DNA of 51,096 bases from an uncultured Mycobacterium sp. (GCA_964397355.1 CAYNJD010000001.1:1-51096); one strand, 5' to 3'; shown: positions 38,652-48,400, counted from the first letter of the stretch. Translations and numbers: made by a program. The notes: generated by a model not told the origin, from the sequence alone.

Positions 38652-40223
38652 ATGACGTCGTTGTGGCTCGCCGACCGGATCGAGACATCACCGGCATCCG
38701 ACACCGCCGACGACCTGCCCGGCTCCGCCGACATCGTGGTGGCGGGCGCCGGCATCACCGGGCTGATGACCGCGGTGCTGCTGGCCCGAGCGGGTCGAGA
38801 GGTGCTGGTGCTGGAGGGCCGGACCGTCGGTGCCTGTGCGACCGGCAACACCACCGGCAAGATCAGCCTGTTGCAGGGCACCCGGCTGTCGGCGATCGCG
38901 GCCCGACAGGGCAAGCGGCTGGCCGGCGGCTATCTGGCGGGAAACCGCGCCGGGCAGGATTGGCTGCTGTCCTACTGCGCGGCAACCGGTGTCGCGGTGC
39001 AGCGCGAAGACGCCTACAGCTTCGCCCAGTCCGATGCGGGGCTGGCGGCCGCGCGCGCCGAGTTCGACGCCTGTCGCGCGCTGGGCCTGCCGGTGAGCTG
39101 GGAGCCGGTGGCCGATGTGCCGTTTCCGTACCGCGGCGGGGTACGGCTGGCCGACCAGGCGCAGTTCGACCCGATGCAGTTTCTGGATGCGCTGCGCGCG
39201 GAGTTGCTCGCCGCCGGCGGGAGATTGGTCGAACATGCCCGGGTGCAACGGGTTTCCGGCGGGCATCTGGGCTCCCGGGAGCTGCGGCTGCACGTCGGCG
39301 GCCCGCGGCTGCACACCGAGGTCAAGGCCAACCAGCTGGTGCTGGCCACCGGTATCCCGGTGCTGGACCGCGGCGGATACTTCGCCCGGGTCAAACCGAA
39401 CCGGTCGTACTGCCTGGCGTTCGAGGTGCCCGGTGAGATCACCCGTCCGATGATGATCTCCACCGATTCGCCGACCCGGTCGCTGCGCTACGCCCCGGTC
39501 GACGACTCCGAGCGGCTCATCGTCGGCGGGGCGGGCCACACCGTCGGGCGCGCCAAACACCCCACCGAAGCGCTGGCCGAACTGATGTCGTGGACGAGCA
39601 GATATTACCCGGATGCCACCCGGACGCAGCTGTGGTCGGCGCAGGACTACGCCCCCGTCGATGAGTTGCCCTATGTCGGGCCGATCCTGCCCGACAGTGA
39701 CACCATCTGTGTGGCAACCGGTTTCAACAAGTGGGGCATGACCAACGGGGCGGCCGCGGCGCTGGTGCTGGCCGGCAGGCTGCTCGGCGAGCGCCACGAG
39801 TGGGACCGGGCGTTCGCCAGTTGGAGCACCCGCGAACTGCGCGGGCTGTCCACCGCGGTGACGTCCAACCTCGAGGTCGGTTTCAACCTGGCGAAGGGCT
39901 GGATCACCCCGACGGCCCGAATCGGCAGGCAGTACCTGGGCACCGCCGCACCGGGTGAGGTCAGCGGGCCGCCGTGGCAGCTGCAGGCGCGATGCCAGGT
40001 CGACGGTGTCGAGCACCGGCTCTCCCCGGTCTGCCCGCACCTCGGCGGCATCGTCAACTGGAACGACGCCGACCAGGCCTGGGAGTGCCCGCTGCACGGA
40101 TCACGGTTCGCTCCCGACGGCACGCTGCTGGAAGGGCCCGCGACCCGCGGGCTGTCCGCGGAACCGGCGACGCATCACGAGCCACCCGACGGCGAGGTGC
40201 GCGGTGTGCATCATCGACCATGA
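38652..40223 (+). CDS. FAD-dependent oxidoreductase with C-terminal Rieske domain (YhfW-like)
   Basis: GAGITG, TGNTTGK, TGFNKWGMT, CPHLG...CPLHGSRF. Confidence 0.92.
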   Translation: MTSLWLADRIETSPASDTADDLPGSADIVVAGAGITGLMTAVLLARAGREVLVLEGRTVGACATGNTTGKISLLQGTRLSAIAARQGKRLAGGYLAGNRAGQDWLLSYCAATGVAVQREDAYSFAQSDAGLAAARAEFDACRALGLPVSWEPVADVPFPYRGGVRLADQAQFDPMQFLDALRAELLAAGGRLVEHARVQRVSGGHLGSRELRLHVGGPRLHTEVKANQLVLATGIPVLDRGGYFARVKPNRSYCLAFEVPGEITRPMMISTDSPTRSLRYAPVDDSERLIVGGAGHTVGRAKHPTEALAELMSWTSRYYPDATRTQLWSAQDYAPVDELPYVGPILPDSDTICVATGFNKWGMTNGAAAALVLAGRLLGERHEWDRAFASWSTRELRGLSTAVTSNLEVGFNLAKGWITPTARIGRQYLGTAAPGEVSGPPWQLQARCQVDGVEHRLSPVCPHLGGIVNWNDADQAWECPLHGSRFAPDGTLLEGPATRGLSAEPATHHEPPDGEVRGVHHRP

Positions 40224-40659
40224 CATGCGGTCGATCGTGGCGAGCGCGAAGCTGGCCTTCGTCGCGACGATCTGTGAGGACGGCTCACCGAACCTGTCGC
40301 CGAAGGAGTCGCTGCTGGTCTACGGCGACGAGCACCTGGCGTTCATGCACATGGCCTCGCCGACCACGGTGGCCGACCTGCGTCGCGATCCGCGCATCGA
40401 GGTGAACGTGGTCGACTTCCTCAAACGCCGCGGCTACCGCTTCAAGGGCACCGCGCAGCTGCGTCAACCCGGCGACGAGGTCTACGAGTGGCTGCGGCGG
40501 TGGGTGGTCGAGACCCACGGGCCGCGGTTTCCGTGCCGGGAGGCGGTGCTGATCCGGGTCGAGCGGGCGCTGCCGATCGCCTCACCGGCCTACATGTTCG
40601 GCGACGCCCACGAAGCCGAGCTGGAGCGGTTGTGGTCCGGCATCTACGGGCTGCCATGA
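40204..40659 (+). CDS. Pyridoxamine-5'-phosphate oxidase-like split-barrel protein
   Basis: VATICEDGSPNLSPK, RRGYRFKG; start 40204 or 40225. Confidence 0.8.
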   Translation: MCIIDHDMRSIVASAKLAFVATICEDGSPNLSPKESLLVYGDEHLAFMHMASPTTVADLRRDPRIEVNVVDFLKRRGYRFKGTAQLRQPGDEVYEWLRRWVVETHGPRFPCREAVLIRVERALPIASPAYMFGDAHEAELERLWSGIYGLP

Positions 40660-40745
40660 CCGTCACGGTGGTCGGTCAGATCGGCGCGCCGGCCGCCGCT
40701 GCGGCCGCCTGCGTATCGCAGCTGGGCGGGCGTCCGCACCTGACG
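40656..40745 (+). pseudogene. PfkB/ribokinase-family remnant (first ~10 codons fused to last ~20)
   Basis: MTVTVVGQIG resembles a PfkB N-terminus and AAAAAACVSQLGGRP a PfkB C-terminus; ATGA overlap upstream; no stop before DUF2795. Confidence 0.6.
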
Positions 40746-40761
40746 GGCCCGGTCGCCGCGC

Positions 40762-40786
40762 GTTTCCGGCTCGGTGTCGCCGGGTA
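40762..40786 (+). promoter_or_regulatory. SigF promoter (DUF2795)
   Basis: GTTT-N16-GGGTA, ATG 10 nt downstream. Confidence 0.8.
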
Positions 40787-40796
40787 TTGCGCGGAT

Positions 40797-41000
40797 ATGG
40801 GATTTCAAGTGACACAGGTGCAAAAGTGCCTTTCCGGCTTCGACTATCCCGGCACTCCGGAGGAGCTGGCCGAGCACGCCCGTCGCAACGGCGCCGAGCC
40901 GCAGCTTGTCGATACGCTGCGGGCGTTGAAGCGCGACAGCTTCGACGGCCCGGAGGCGGTGATGGGCTCGCTGGGCGCGCAGAATGCGCTGGGCGGTTGA
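40797..41000 (+). CDS. DUF2795-like small stress protein
   Basis: QKCLSGFDYPGTPEELAEHARRNGA; own SigF promoter. Confidence 0.8.
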   Translation: MGFQVTQVQKCLSGFDYPGTPEELAEHARRNGAEPQLVDTLRALKRDSFDGPEAVMGSLGAQNALGG

Positions 41001-41008
41001 GTGCTCGG

Positions 41009-41797
41009 TTAGTGCAGCTGGTCGCGCAGTTTGGCCAGCGACTTGGCCAGCAGGCGCGAGACGTGCATCTGTGAGATGCCGACCCGTTCGGCGATCTGGG
41101 TCTGCGTCATCGACTCGAAGAACCGCAGCACCAGCACGGTGCGCTCCCGCTCCGGAAGCGCCTTGAGCAAGGGGCGCAACGCTTCCCGGTCCTCGATCCG
41201 GTCCATTCCGGCATCGATGTCGCCGAGGGTATCGGCGATCGAGCGAACATCGTCCTCGTCGGAACTGCCGCCGCTGTCGATGGACAAGGTGTTGTAGGAG
41301 CTGCCCGCGACCAGCCCTTCGACCACCTCGTCTCGGCTCAACTCCAGTTCGCGGGCGAGTTCGGAGGCGGTCGGCGCACGGCCGAGCCGCTGCGACATGT
41401 CCGCTGTGGCCGCCCCGAGGCGCAGGTGCAGCTCTTTGAGCCGGCGGGGCACTTTGACCGACCAGCTGTTGTCACGGAAATGCCGACGGACCTCGCCCAT
41501 GATCGTCGGCACCGCGAACGAGACGAAATCCGAGCCGGTCTCGACGTCGAAACGCGTTACCGCGTTGACCAGCCCCACCCGGGCGACCTGGACCAGGTCG
41601 TCGCGCAACTCGCCGCGGCCTTCGAACCGGCGGGCGATGTGGTCGGCCAGCGGCAGGCACCGCTCGACGATCTTGTCCTTGCGGGTGCGGAAGCCGGCTG
41701 AGTCGGCGTCGTACTGTGCCAGTTCACGGAACATGTCGCCGACGTCGGCGTACTCCGATCCTGATTGTGAGCCGCTGCCGGCGGCACGCGGTGTCAC
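41009..41797 (-). CDS. sigF: RNA polymerase sigma factor SigF
   Basis: DLVQVARVGLVNAV, SFAVPTIMGEVRRHFRD, TQTQIAERVGISQMHVSRLL. Confidence 0.97.
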   Translation of the reverse strand: MTPRAAGSGSQSGSEYADVGDMFRELAQYDADSAGFRTRKDKIVERCLPLADHIARRFEGRGELRDDLVQVARVGLVNAVTRFDVETGSDFVSFAVPTIMGEVRRHFRDNSWSVKVPRRLKELHLRLGAATADMSQRLGRAPTASELARELELSRDEVVEGLVAGSSYNTLSIDSGGSSDEDDVRSIADTLGDIDAGMDRIEDREALRPLLKALPERERTVLVLRFFESMTQTQIAERVGISQMHVSRLLAKSLAKLRDQLH

Positions 41798-42231
41798 CGC
41801 CCGGTGTCCGCCCGCCGGGTTGTCAGCGTGGCTCCGAATACCTCACCGGCGCTGCCGGGTTCGTGGCCGTCGTGGAATGTCTGTACGTCGTCGACCAGCG
41901 AGGTCAGCACATGCCAGCTGAAGCTGCCCGGCGTCAGCACGTCGGCCCCCTCACCGGTGGCCGACGCCCGGATCGTCACGTCTTCGTCGTGCGGGTCGAT
42001 GACGACCGTCAGCATCGCGTCCGGGGCGGCGCAGCGGATCAGCTGGGTGCACAGCTCATCGACCGCCAGCCGCAGGTCGGCGACCGTATCGACGTTGAGA
42101 TCTTCGAAAGTGGCTATCGCACCGACCAACATGCGCACCACCGCCAGACTCTCCAGCCTGGGGGTGACCCGCAACTCGACGGCCCGCTCGCTGCACGACC
42201 GTGAGGTCCGGTCGCTGTGGATGTCGGTCAT
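41794..42231 (-). CDS. rsbW: Anti-sigma F factor RsbW/UsfX
   Basis: DLRLAVDELCT, GSFSWHVLTSL; GTGA overlap with sigF. Confidence 0.93.
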   Translation of the reverse strand: MTDIHSDRTSRSCSERAVELRVTPRLESLAVVRMLVGAIATFEDLNVDTVADLRLAVDELCTQLIRCAAPDAMLTVVIDPHDEDVTIRASATGEGADVLTPGSFSWHVLTSLVDDVQTFHDGHEPGSAGEVFGATLTTRRADTGR

Positions 42232-42338
42232 GAAGCCTCCCGGCGATGTCGGACCGAGACTACCGCTGCGCACCAATGGACCGTTCACGCCGTCAACACC
42301 GCATGCCGGCTGCCCGCAGATCAGTCATGGCGTGTATG

Positions 42339-42362
42339 TACCCGGTCGCCCAAGAATTCAAC
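42339..42362 (-). promoter_or_regulatory. Autoregulatory SigF-type promoter of rsbW-sigF
   Basis: GTTG-N15-GGGTA just downstream of the usfY terminator. Confidence 0.7.
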
Positions 42363-42385
42363 CATTGATTCCGGCGCTCAGCGGT

Positions 42386-42417
42386 AAAACGGCCCGGCTG
42401 GAAAACCAGCCGGGCCG
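42386..42417 (-). terminator. Intrinsic terminator after usfY
   Basis: Perfect 12-bp stem 42390-401 / 42406-417, 4-nt loop, TTTT tail on the minus strand. Confidence 0.75.
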
Positions 42418-42430
42418 CTTGTTCTCGGAG

Positions 42431-42742
42431 CTAACTGGTGGAGTGCTGTCGATGCGCCTCGGGGTGCGCAAGGTGCCACTGTTGGTTCACCCTGCCGATC
42501 CGCCGGTGTTCGATAACCAGCCACAGCGCGCCCAGCGCCGCGGCGAGTACCGCAAAGGCCGCGACCTCCATGCCCTGGCGGTCATGACCGGTGGCGAAAG
42601 CGGTGAGGCACCCGATCCCGGACACCATGCCCACCACGAGCAGGGTGTAACCGGGCCACCCCATGACGTCGATCACGGCACGGCCGGCGTGCGGCCGAGT
42701 CGTCCGGACATGGTCAACGGGGTCATGAAACGTATCGCCCAT
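42431..42742 (-). CDS. usfY: UsfY membrane protein
   Basis: DPVDHVRTTRPHAG, WPG, EHRRI; position upstream of rsbW. Confidence 0.88.
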   Translation of the reverse strand: MGDTFHDPVDHVRTTRPHAGRAVIDVMGWPGYTLLVVGMVSGIGCLTAFATGHDRQGMEVAAFAVLAAALGALWLVIEHRRIGRVNQQWHLAHPEAHRQHSTS

Positions 42743-42919
42743 TGCAATTCCTTTCCTGCAGCTCCGGCCTATCCGGAAATCGCAATCAGGACTCCGGTCG
42801 GTGTGTGTCGAGCCCGTCTGCGAACGAAACCTATCGTAAGCCGATGTGATCTAAATAACGCCCGGTTTACAGAAACTTCACAGGAATGTAGCAGTAACAC
42901 CAGCTAAAGCCGTGCTCCA

Positions 42920-43294
42920 TCAGCCCAGGCCGATGATCGGCGGGGTACTCATCAACATGGTGACCAGCATCAACGACATCAGGAACCAGCCGGCACCTTG
43001 CCAGCCCCACCAGGTGCCACGCGCGCGCCACACCTGGTAGGTGCGCAGGAACGCCCGTACCCCACCGCCGGCGAAGATCGCGGGCCCGCCCAAGGCGAGC
43101 AGGGTGCGGTAGGGCCGCCCGCACGCCACCGTCACCGCGTCCGGGTCGCAGGAGCTGGCCCACACCGCCGCCAGGATGACGAATGCCAGCCCTGCCGCGA
43201 TGATCAGGCCGACGAACCTGACTGCCGCACGGACCTCCTCGTCCTCCTGCCCCAGCCGGTCACCCCCGGAGTGGGACTGCATGCGGCGTTCCAT
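42920..43294 (-). CDS. Rv3289c-like membrane protein
   Basis: GDRLGQED, LLALGGP, AFLRTYQVWRARGTWWGWQGAGWFL. Confidence 0.8.
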   Translation of the reverse strand: MERRMQSHSGGDRLGQEDEEVRAAVRFVGLIIAAGLAFVILAAVWASSCDPDAVTVACGRPYRTLLALGGPAIFAGGGVRAFLRTYQVWRARGTWWGWQGAGWFLMSLMLVTMLMSTPPIIGLG

Positions 43295-43341
43295 GCCTCC
43301 CACCGTCCGCGCTGATGGACGCTGCGTCAAGGTGATTCGAC

Positions 43342-43366
43342 GTTTGAACGTGGGGTCTGGCGGGAA
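43342..43366 (+). promoter_or_regulatory. SigF-type promoter (csbD-like)
   Basis: GTTT-N16-GGGAA. Confidence 0.68.
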
Positions 43367-43434
43367 GCCTTGCCGGTGTGGCGAGCCGAGGAGTACATGG
43401 GCCGTCACACCCACGAAATCCAGGGAGGGGATTC

Positions 43435-43674
43435 ATGTCGGACGAAAACAACAGCGGCGCCGAGGAAGGCATCCGGGGAGCCGTGGAAGGCGTCAAGGGC
43501 AAGGCCAAGGAAGCCTTCGGAGCCGTCACCGGTAACGACGAAATGGCCCGCGAGGGCCAGGCGCAGCAGGACAAGGGCGAGGCGCAGCGCGACGCTGCCA
43601 AACACGAAGCCGAGGCCGAATCGGCTCGAGCCGGCGCGAAAGCGGCAGAGGCGCGCGAGCAGTCCCACCAGTAG
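43435..43674 (+). CDS. CsbD-like general stress protein
   Basis: VEGVKGKAKEAFGAVTGN...EGQAQQDK. Confidence 0.88.
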   Translation: MSDENNSGAEEGIRGAVEGVKGKAKEAFGAVTGNDEMAREGQAQQDKGEAQRDAAKHEAEAESARAGAKAAEAREQSHQ

Positions 43675-43688
43675 CCAGATTGAAGATG

Positions 43689-43715
43689 GGCCCGGTCCGC
43701 AGCGCGGACCGGGCC
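43689..43715 (+). terminator. Hairpin after the csbD-like gene
   Basis: Perfect 12-bp stem GGCCCGGTCCGC-AGC-GCGGACCGGGCC, no U-tract. Confidence 0.65.
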
Positions 43716-43727
43716 TGTCGCTGCGCG

Positions 43728-43751
43728 GTTATTCGCGCTCCGTAACGGGTA
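43728..43751 (+). promoter_or_regulatory. SigF-type promoter (GlnR paralogue)
   Basis: GTTA-N15-GGGTA. Confidence 0.68.
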
Positions 43752-43791
43752 TTAGTCCAGTTGAGGAGCACCCGAGGGTTGGAGCCGGCCG

Positions 43792-44466
43792 ATGGACATC
43801 TTGTTACTGACCGATCGGAACGAGTTCGAGCAGACGCTCTCGGTGTTGCGCGTCTTCGGGCATTCGGTCAGTCGCGCGCCGCTCGCCCTCGCTACCCGGG
43901 CCGACTGCCGAGGGGCCTGCGCGGTGCTGGTGGACGGCTGCGGTGACCTGTCCGGCGCGCGCGAGACCTGTCGGCGGCTCGGAACCTGGGCGCCCTCGGC
44001 TGTGGTGCTGGCCGTGGTGACCGCCGAAGACTTCGCCGCCGTCGACCTCGACTGGCAGGTCGATGACGTGCTGGTCGCAACCGCCGGCCCGGCCGAAGCG
44101 CACGCCCGGCTGCGGCTGGCGCAAGCACGTCGACGCGAATCTGTCGACAACGCAGTGCAATTCGGCGATCTCGTCATCCACCCCGACAGCTACAGCGCGT
44201 CGCTGGCCGACCGTGAACTCGAACTCACCCTCACTGAGTTCAAGCTGCTCAACTATCTGGTGCAGCACGCGGGCCACGCCTTCACCCGCACCAGGCTGCT
44301 GCACGAGGTATGGGGCGGGGAGGGCGGCCGGCGCAAAGTCGACGTCCACGTACAGCGGCTGCGCGCCAAGCTCGGCGTGGAACACGAGTCGATCGTCGAC
44401 ACAGTTCGCGGCGTCGGCTACATGACACCGGAAGCACCTCAACCGCAATGGGCACTCGCGAACTGA
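43792..44466 (+). CDS. GlnR-like orphan OmpR-family regulator (paralogue)
   Basis: LLLT, AVLVD, DW.VDD, GPAE..ARLRL receiver; LTLTEFKLL, VDVHVQRLRAKLG, TVRGVGY. Confidence 0.85.
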   Translation: MDILLLTDRNEFEQTLSVLRVFGHSVSRAPLALATRADCRGACAVLVDGCGDLSGARETCRRLGTWAPSAVVLAVVTAEDFAAVDLDWQVDDVLVATAGPAEAHARLRLAQARRRESVDNAVQFGDLVIHPDSYSASLADRELELTLTEFKLLNYLVQHAGHAFTRTRLLHEVWGGEGGRRKVDVHVQRLRAKLGVEHESIVDTVRGVGYMTPEAPQPQWALAN

Positions 44467-44478
44467 GGACGGCCGGGC

Positions 44479-44811
44479 TCAGTAGTTGTCGCAGGAACTG
44501 GCCAGCGGCCCGAACAGCGCGACGTACTCGGCGGCTTCGGGCGTGCTCTGCGCCTGCTCGACCAGCTGCCGGCGCTGCGGGGGCGGCGCAGCCAAGAAGT
44601 TCTGCAGCCAGGACTGCGCGGCCGGTGTCGCGTTGAATTGCGCGGCGACCCCGGGTGACTGGTCGTTCATCGCTGCCACCACCTGGGAGTAGCTGCAGGT
44701 GGTGTTGACGGCAGGGTCGGTGCCCGGGTCCGCGGACGCCACCGCCAGACCGGCGCTCAGCGCCAGCGCGGCACCCCCACCCGCGGCGGCCAATCTCGTA
44801 AGGCCAATCAT
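44479..44811 (-). CDS. Secreted hemophore-related protein (copy 2)
   Basis: DPAVNTTCSYSQVV shared with 33018-33365. Confidence 0.8.
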   Translation of the reverse strand: MIGLTRLAAAGGGAALALSAGLAVASADPGTDPAVNTTCSYSQVVAAMNDQSPGVAAQFNATPAAQSWLQNFLAAPPPQRRQLVEQAQSTPEAAEYVALFGPLASSCDNY

Positions 44812-44866
44812 TTCTCGGCCACCTCTCTGATGCGCCGCCGATCGGTCACCGACGGAGATTGCCGGA

Positions 44867-44891
44867 TTCCCGTTTCCCTTCGCGGCCAAAC
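44867..44891 (-). promoter_or_regulatory. SigF-type promoter (hemophore-related copy 2)
   Basis: GTTT-N16-GGGAA. Confidence 0.65.
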
Positions 44892-44906
44892 CGCTCTCGG
44901 ATCGCC

Positions 44907-45296
44907 TCAGAACACCGCGACCAGGACCGCCAGATCGGCCAGCAGCACCGTCCAGCCCCCTACCCAGACCGCGATCCCGCGGCGGTGCGTCGCGAAGAAG
45001 AACGCCAGAAACAGCGTCAGGGCCGCAACCCCGGCGGCCCCGTGGTACAGCAGGCCGAACAGCGTGCCGTTGACCTTGAGATCCGGGCAGGCTGCGGTGT
45101 TGCACAACGCGGTACCGGCCACCCGGGACAGCGCGTATGCCATCAGCAGCGCGGCAGCCGGGGCGGTCAGCAGCGACAACGTCCAATTGATCCAGGTCCA
45201 GTCGCGCTGTGGCGCCTCGGCCGCCGTCATGCCCTCCGCAGCCGGTGACGCGTCGGCGAAAATGGGCCGGACCGCCCGGTGCTCCAGGATGGTCAT
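44907..45296 (-). CDS. Three-helix membrane protein, paralogue of 27805-28155
   Basis: WINW, LCNTAACPDL; start 45296 or 45230, both with an SD. Confidence 0.72.
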   Translation of the reverse strand: MTILEHRAVRPIFADASPAAEGMTAAEAPQRDWTWINWTLSLLTAPAAALLMAYALSRVAGTALCNTAACPDLKVNGTLFGLLYHGAAGVAALTLFLAFFFATHRRGIAVWVGGWTVLLADLAVLVAVF

Positions 45297-45332
45297 CGCC
45301 CGCCTCCGATCGCCTTTGCCGCGGTTGGCGGA

Positions 45333-45357
45333 TACCCCGCGCCCCCGGGCGCGAAAC
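45333..45357 (-). promoter_or_regulatory. SigF promoter (membrane protein)
   Basis: GTTT-N16-GGGTA. Confidence 0.78.
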
Positions 45358-45401
45358 CGCACCGCCGGGCGTCGCGGCTGCGAAGTTGGCACCATGACAA
45401 G

Positions 45402-48400
45402 GTGAGCCGAGACACCCCCGCCCCGCTGGCCCGGTTCTCGGCGCTGACCCGGGACTGGTTCACCGGCACCTTCACCGCACCGACCACGGCCCAGGCGCAG
45501 GCCTGGTCGGCGATTGCCGATGGGCACAACACGCTGGTGGTCGCACCCACCGGCTCCGGCAAGACGCTGGCGGCGTTCCTGTGGGCGCTCGACGGGCTGA
45601 CCGCCGCGCCCGGCCCGCAGGCGGGGGCCGGCACCCGGGTGCTGTACGTCTCGCCGCTCAAGGCGCTGGCCGTCGACGTCGAACGCAACCTGCGCACCCC
45701 GCTGGCCGGCATCGGCCGGCTCGCTGCGCACCGCGGCCTGCCCGCCCCCGCCGTCACGGTCGGGGTGCGCTCCGGTGACACCCCTGCGGCACGGCGCCGC
45801 CAGCTGGTCGCGCACCCGCCCGACATCCTGATCACCACCCCGGAATCGCTGTTTCTGATGCTCACGTCTACAGCGCGGCAGGCGCTGACCGGGGTGCAGA
45901 CGGTGATCGTCGATGAAGTGCACGCGGTCGCCGGCACCAAGCGCGGCAGCCATCTGGCGCTGTCGCTGGAGCGACTCGACGCGCAACTGGCCTCCCCCGC
46001 CCAGCGCATCGGGCTCAGCGCCACCGTCCGGCCCGCCGAGGAGGTCGCCCGGTTCCTGTCCGGACAGTCCCCGACCAGGATCGTGGCGCCGCCGGCCGCC
46101 AAGACGTTCGAGCTGACGGTGCAGGTTCCGGTGCCCGACATGGCCAGCCCGGCCGAGGGCACCATCTGGCCGGAGGTGGAGGAGCGCATCGTAGACCTGA
46201 TCGAGGCCCATCACTCCGCCATCGTATTCGCCAACTCACGTCGATTGGCCGAACGACTCACCGGTCGGCTCAACGAGATTCACGCAGAACGCTGCGATGA
46301 TGAAGCCGATGTGCTGGCGCGGGCCCACCACGGGTCGGTGTCGAAGGAGACTCGCGCCGCCGTCGAGGAAGACCTCAAAAGCGGGCGGCTGCGGGCGGTG
46401 GTGGCCACCTCGAGCCTGGAGTTGGGCATCGACATGGGAGCCGTCGACCTGGTCATCCAGATCGAGGCGCCGCCGTCGGTGGCCAGCGGTCTGCAGCGCA
46501 TCGGGCGGGCCGGGCACCAGGTCGGCGAGATCTCCCGCGGTGCACTGATTCCCAAACACCGCACCGACCTGATCGGGTGCGCGGTCTCGGTGCAGCGGAT
46601 GCTGCACGGTCAGATCGAGACCCTGACGGTGCCGGCCAACCCGCTGGACATCCTGGCCCAGCACACCGTGGCCGCGGCCGCATTGGAACCGCTGGACGCC
46701 GATTCCTGGTTCGACACGGTGCGTCGCAGCGCTCCGTTCGCGACCTTGCCGCGCAGCGTATTCGAGGCCACCCTCGACCTGTTGAGCGGCAAATACCCGT
46801 CGACCGAATTCGCCGAGCTGCGGCCCCGCCTGGTCTACGACCGTGACACCGGAACCCTGACCGGCCGGCCCGGCGCTCAACGGCTGGCCGTCACCTCCGG
46901 CGGCGCCATCCCGGATCGCGGACTGTTCGCGGTCTATCTGGCCGGGGCGCAGAAGCCCACGCGGGTAGGCGAACTCGACGAGGAGATGGTCTACGAATCA
47001 CGGCCCGGCGACGTGATCTCGCTGGGCGCCACCAGTTGGCGCATCGCAGAGATCACCCATGACCGGGTGCTGGTGGCCCCGGCACCCGGCCAGCCGGGCC
47101 GGCTGCCGTTCTGGCACGGCGACGGGGTCGGGCGGCCGGCCGAACTGGGCGCCGCGCTGGGCGCGTTCACCGGCGAGCTGGCCGGACTCGACCGTGCGGG
47201 GCTCGACAAGCGCTGCGCGGGTTTGGGTTTCGATGAGTACGCGACCGACAACCTGTGGCGGCTGCTCAATGACCAGCGCAGCGCCACCGGCACCGTTCCC
47301 ACCGACACCACGCTGGTGGTGGAGCGGTTCCGCGACGAACTCGGCGACTGGCGGGTGGTGCTGCACTCGCCGTACGGGCTGCGGGTGCACGGACCGCTGG
47401 CGCTGGCGGTGGGCCGGCGGTTGCACGAGCGCTACGGCATCGACGAGAAGCCGACCGCCTCCGACGACGGCATCGTGGTGCGACTGCCCGACACGCTCGA
47501 TGCCGACGCTCCCGGCGCCGAGATGTTCGTCTTCGACGCCGACGAGATCGAGCCGGTCGTCACCGCCGAGGTGGGTGGTTCGGCGCTGTTCGCCAGCCGG
47601 TTCCGCGAATGCGCCGCCCGGGCGCTGCTGCTGCCGCGCCGGCACCCCGGCCGCCGCACCCCGCTGTGGCAACAACGCCAGCGGGCCGCGCAGTTGCTCG
47701 ATGTGGCCCGCAGATATCCCACCTTCCCGATCGTGCTGGAGACGGTGCGGGAGTGCTTGCAGGACGTCTACGACGTGCCCGCGCTGACACAGCTGATGGC
47801 GGCCATCGCGCAGCGCCGGGTGCGGGTGGTGCAGGTCGAGACCGCCACCCCGTCGCCGTTCGCGGCGTCGTTGCTGTTCGGTTACGTCGGGGCGTTCATG
47901 TACGAGGGCGACAGCCCACTGGCCGAGCGCCGCGCGGCCGCGCTGTCGCTGGATCCCACCCTGCTGGCGCAGCTGCTGGGCCGGGTGGAGTTGCGCGAGC
48001 TGCTCGACCCCGAGGTGGTCGCAGCGGTCGGCGCACAGCTGCAGCACCTGACGCGTGAGAAGGCCGCCCGCGACGCCGAGGGGGTCGCCGATCTGCTGCG
48101 GCTGCTCGGTCCGCTGACCGCCGATGAGGTGGCTGCCCGGGCCGGCGGAGCGGAGGTCAGCGGCTGGCTGGAGCATCTGCTGGCCGCCCGGCGAGTGCTG
48201 ACGGTGGCGTTCGCCGGGCGGCGCTGGTGGGTGGCGATCGAGGACATCGGCCGGCTGCGCGACGGCATCGGGGTGGCGGTGCCGCCCGGGGTGCCCGCCG
48301 GGTTCACCGAACCGGTCGCCGATCCGCTCGGCGAGCTGCTGGGCCGCTTCGCCCGCACCCACGGGCCGTTCACCACCGCCCACGCCGCCGACCGGTTCGG

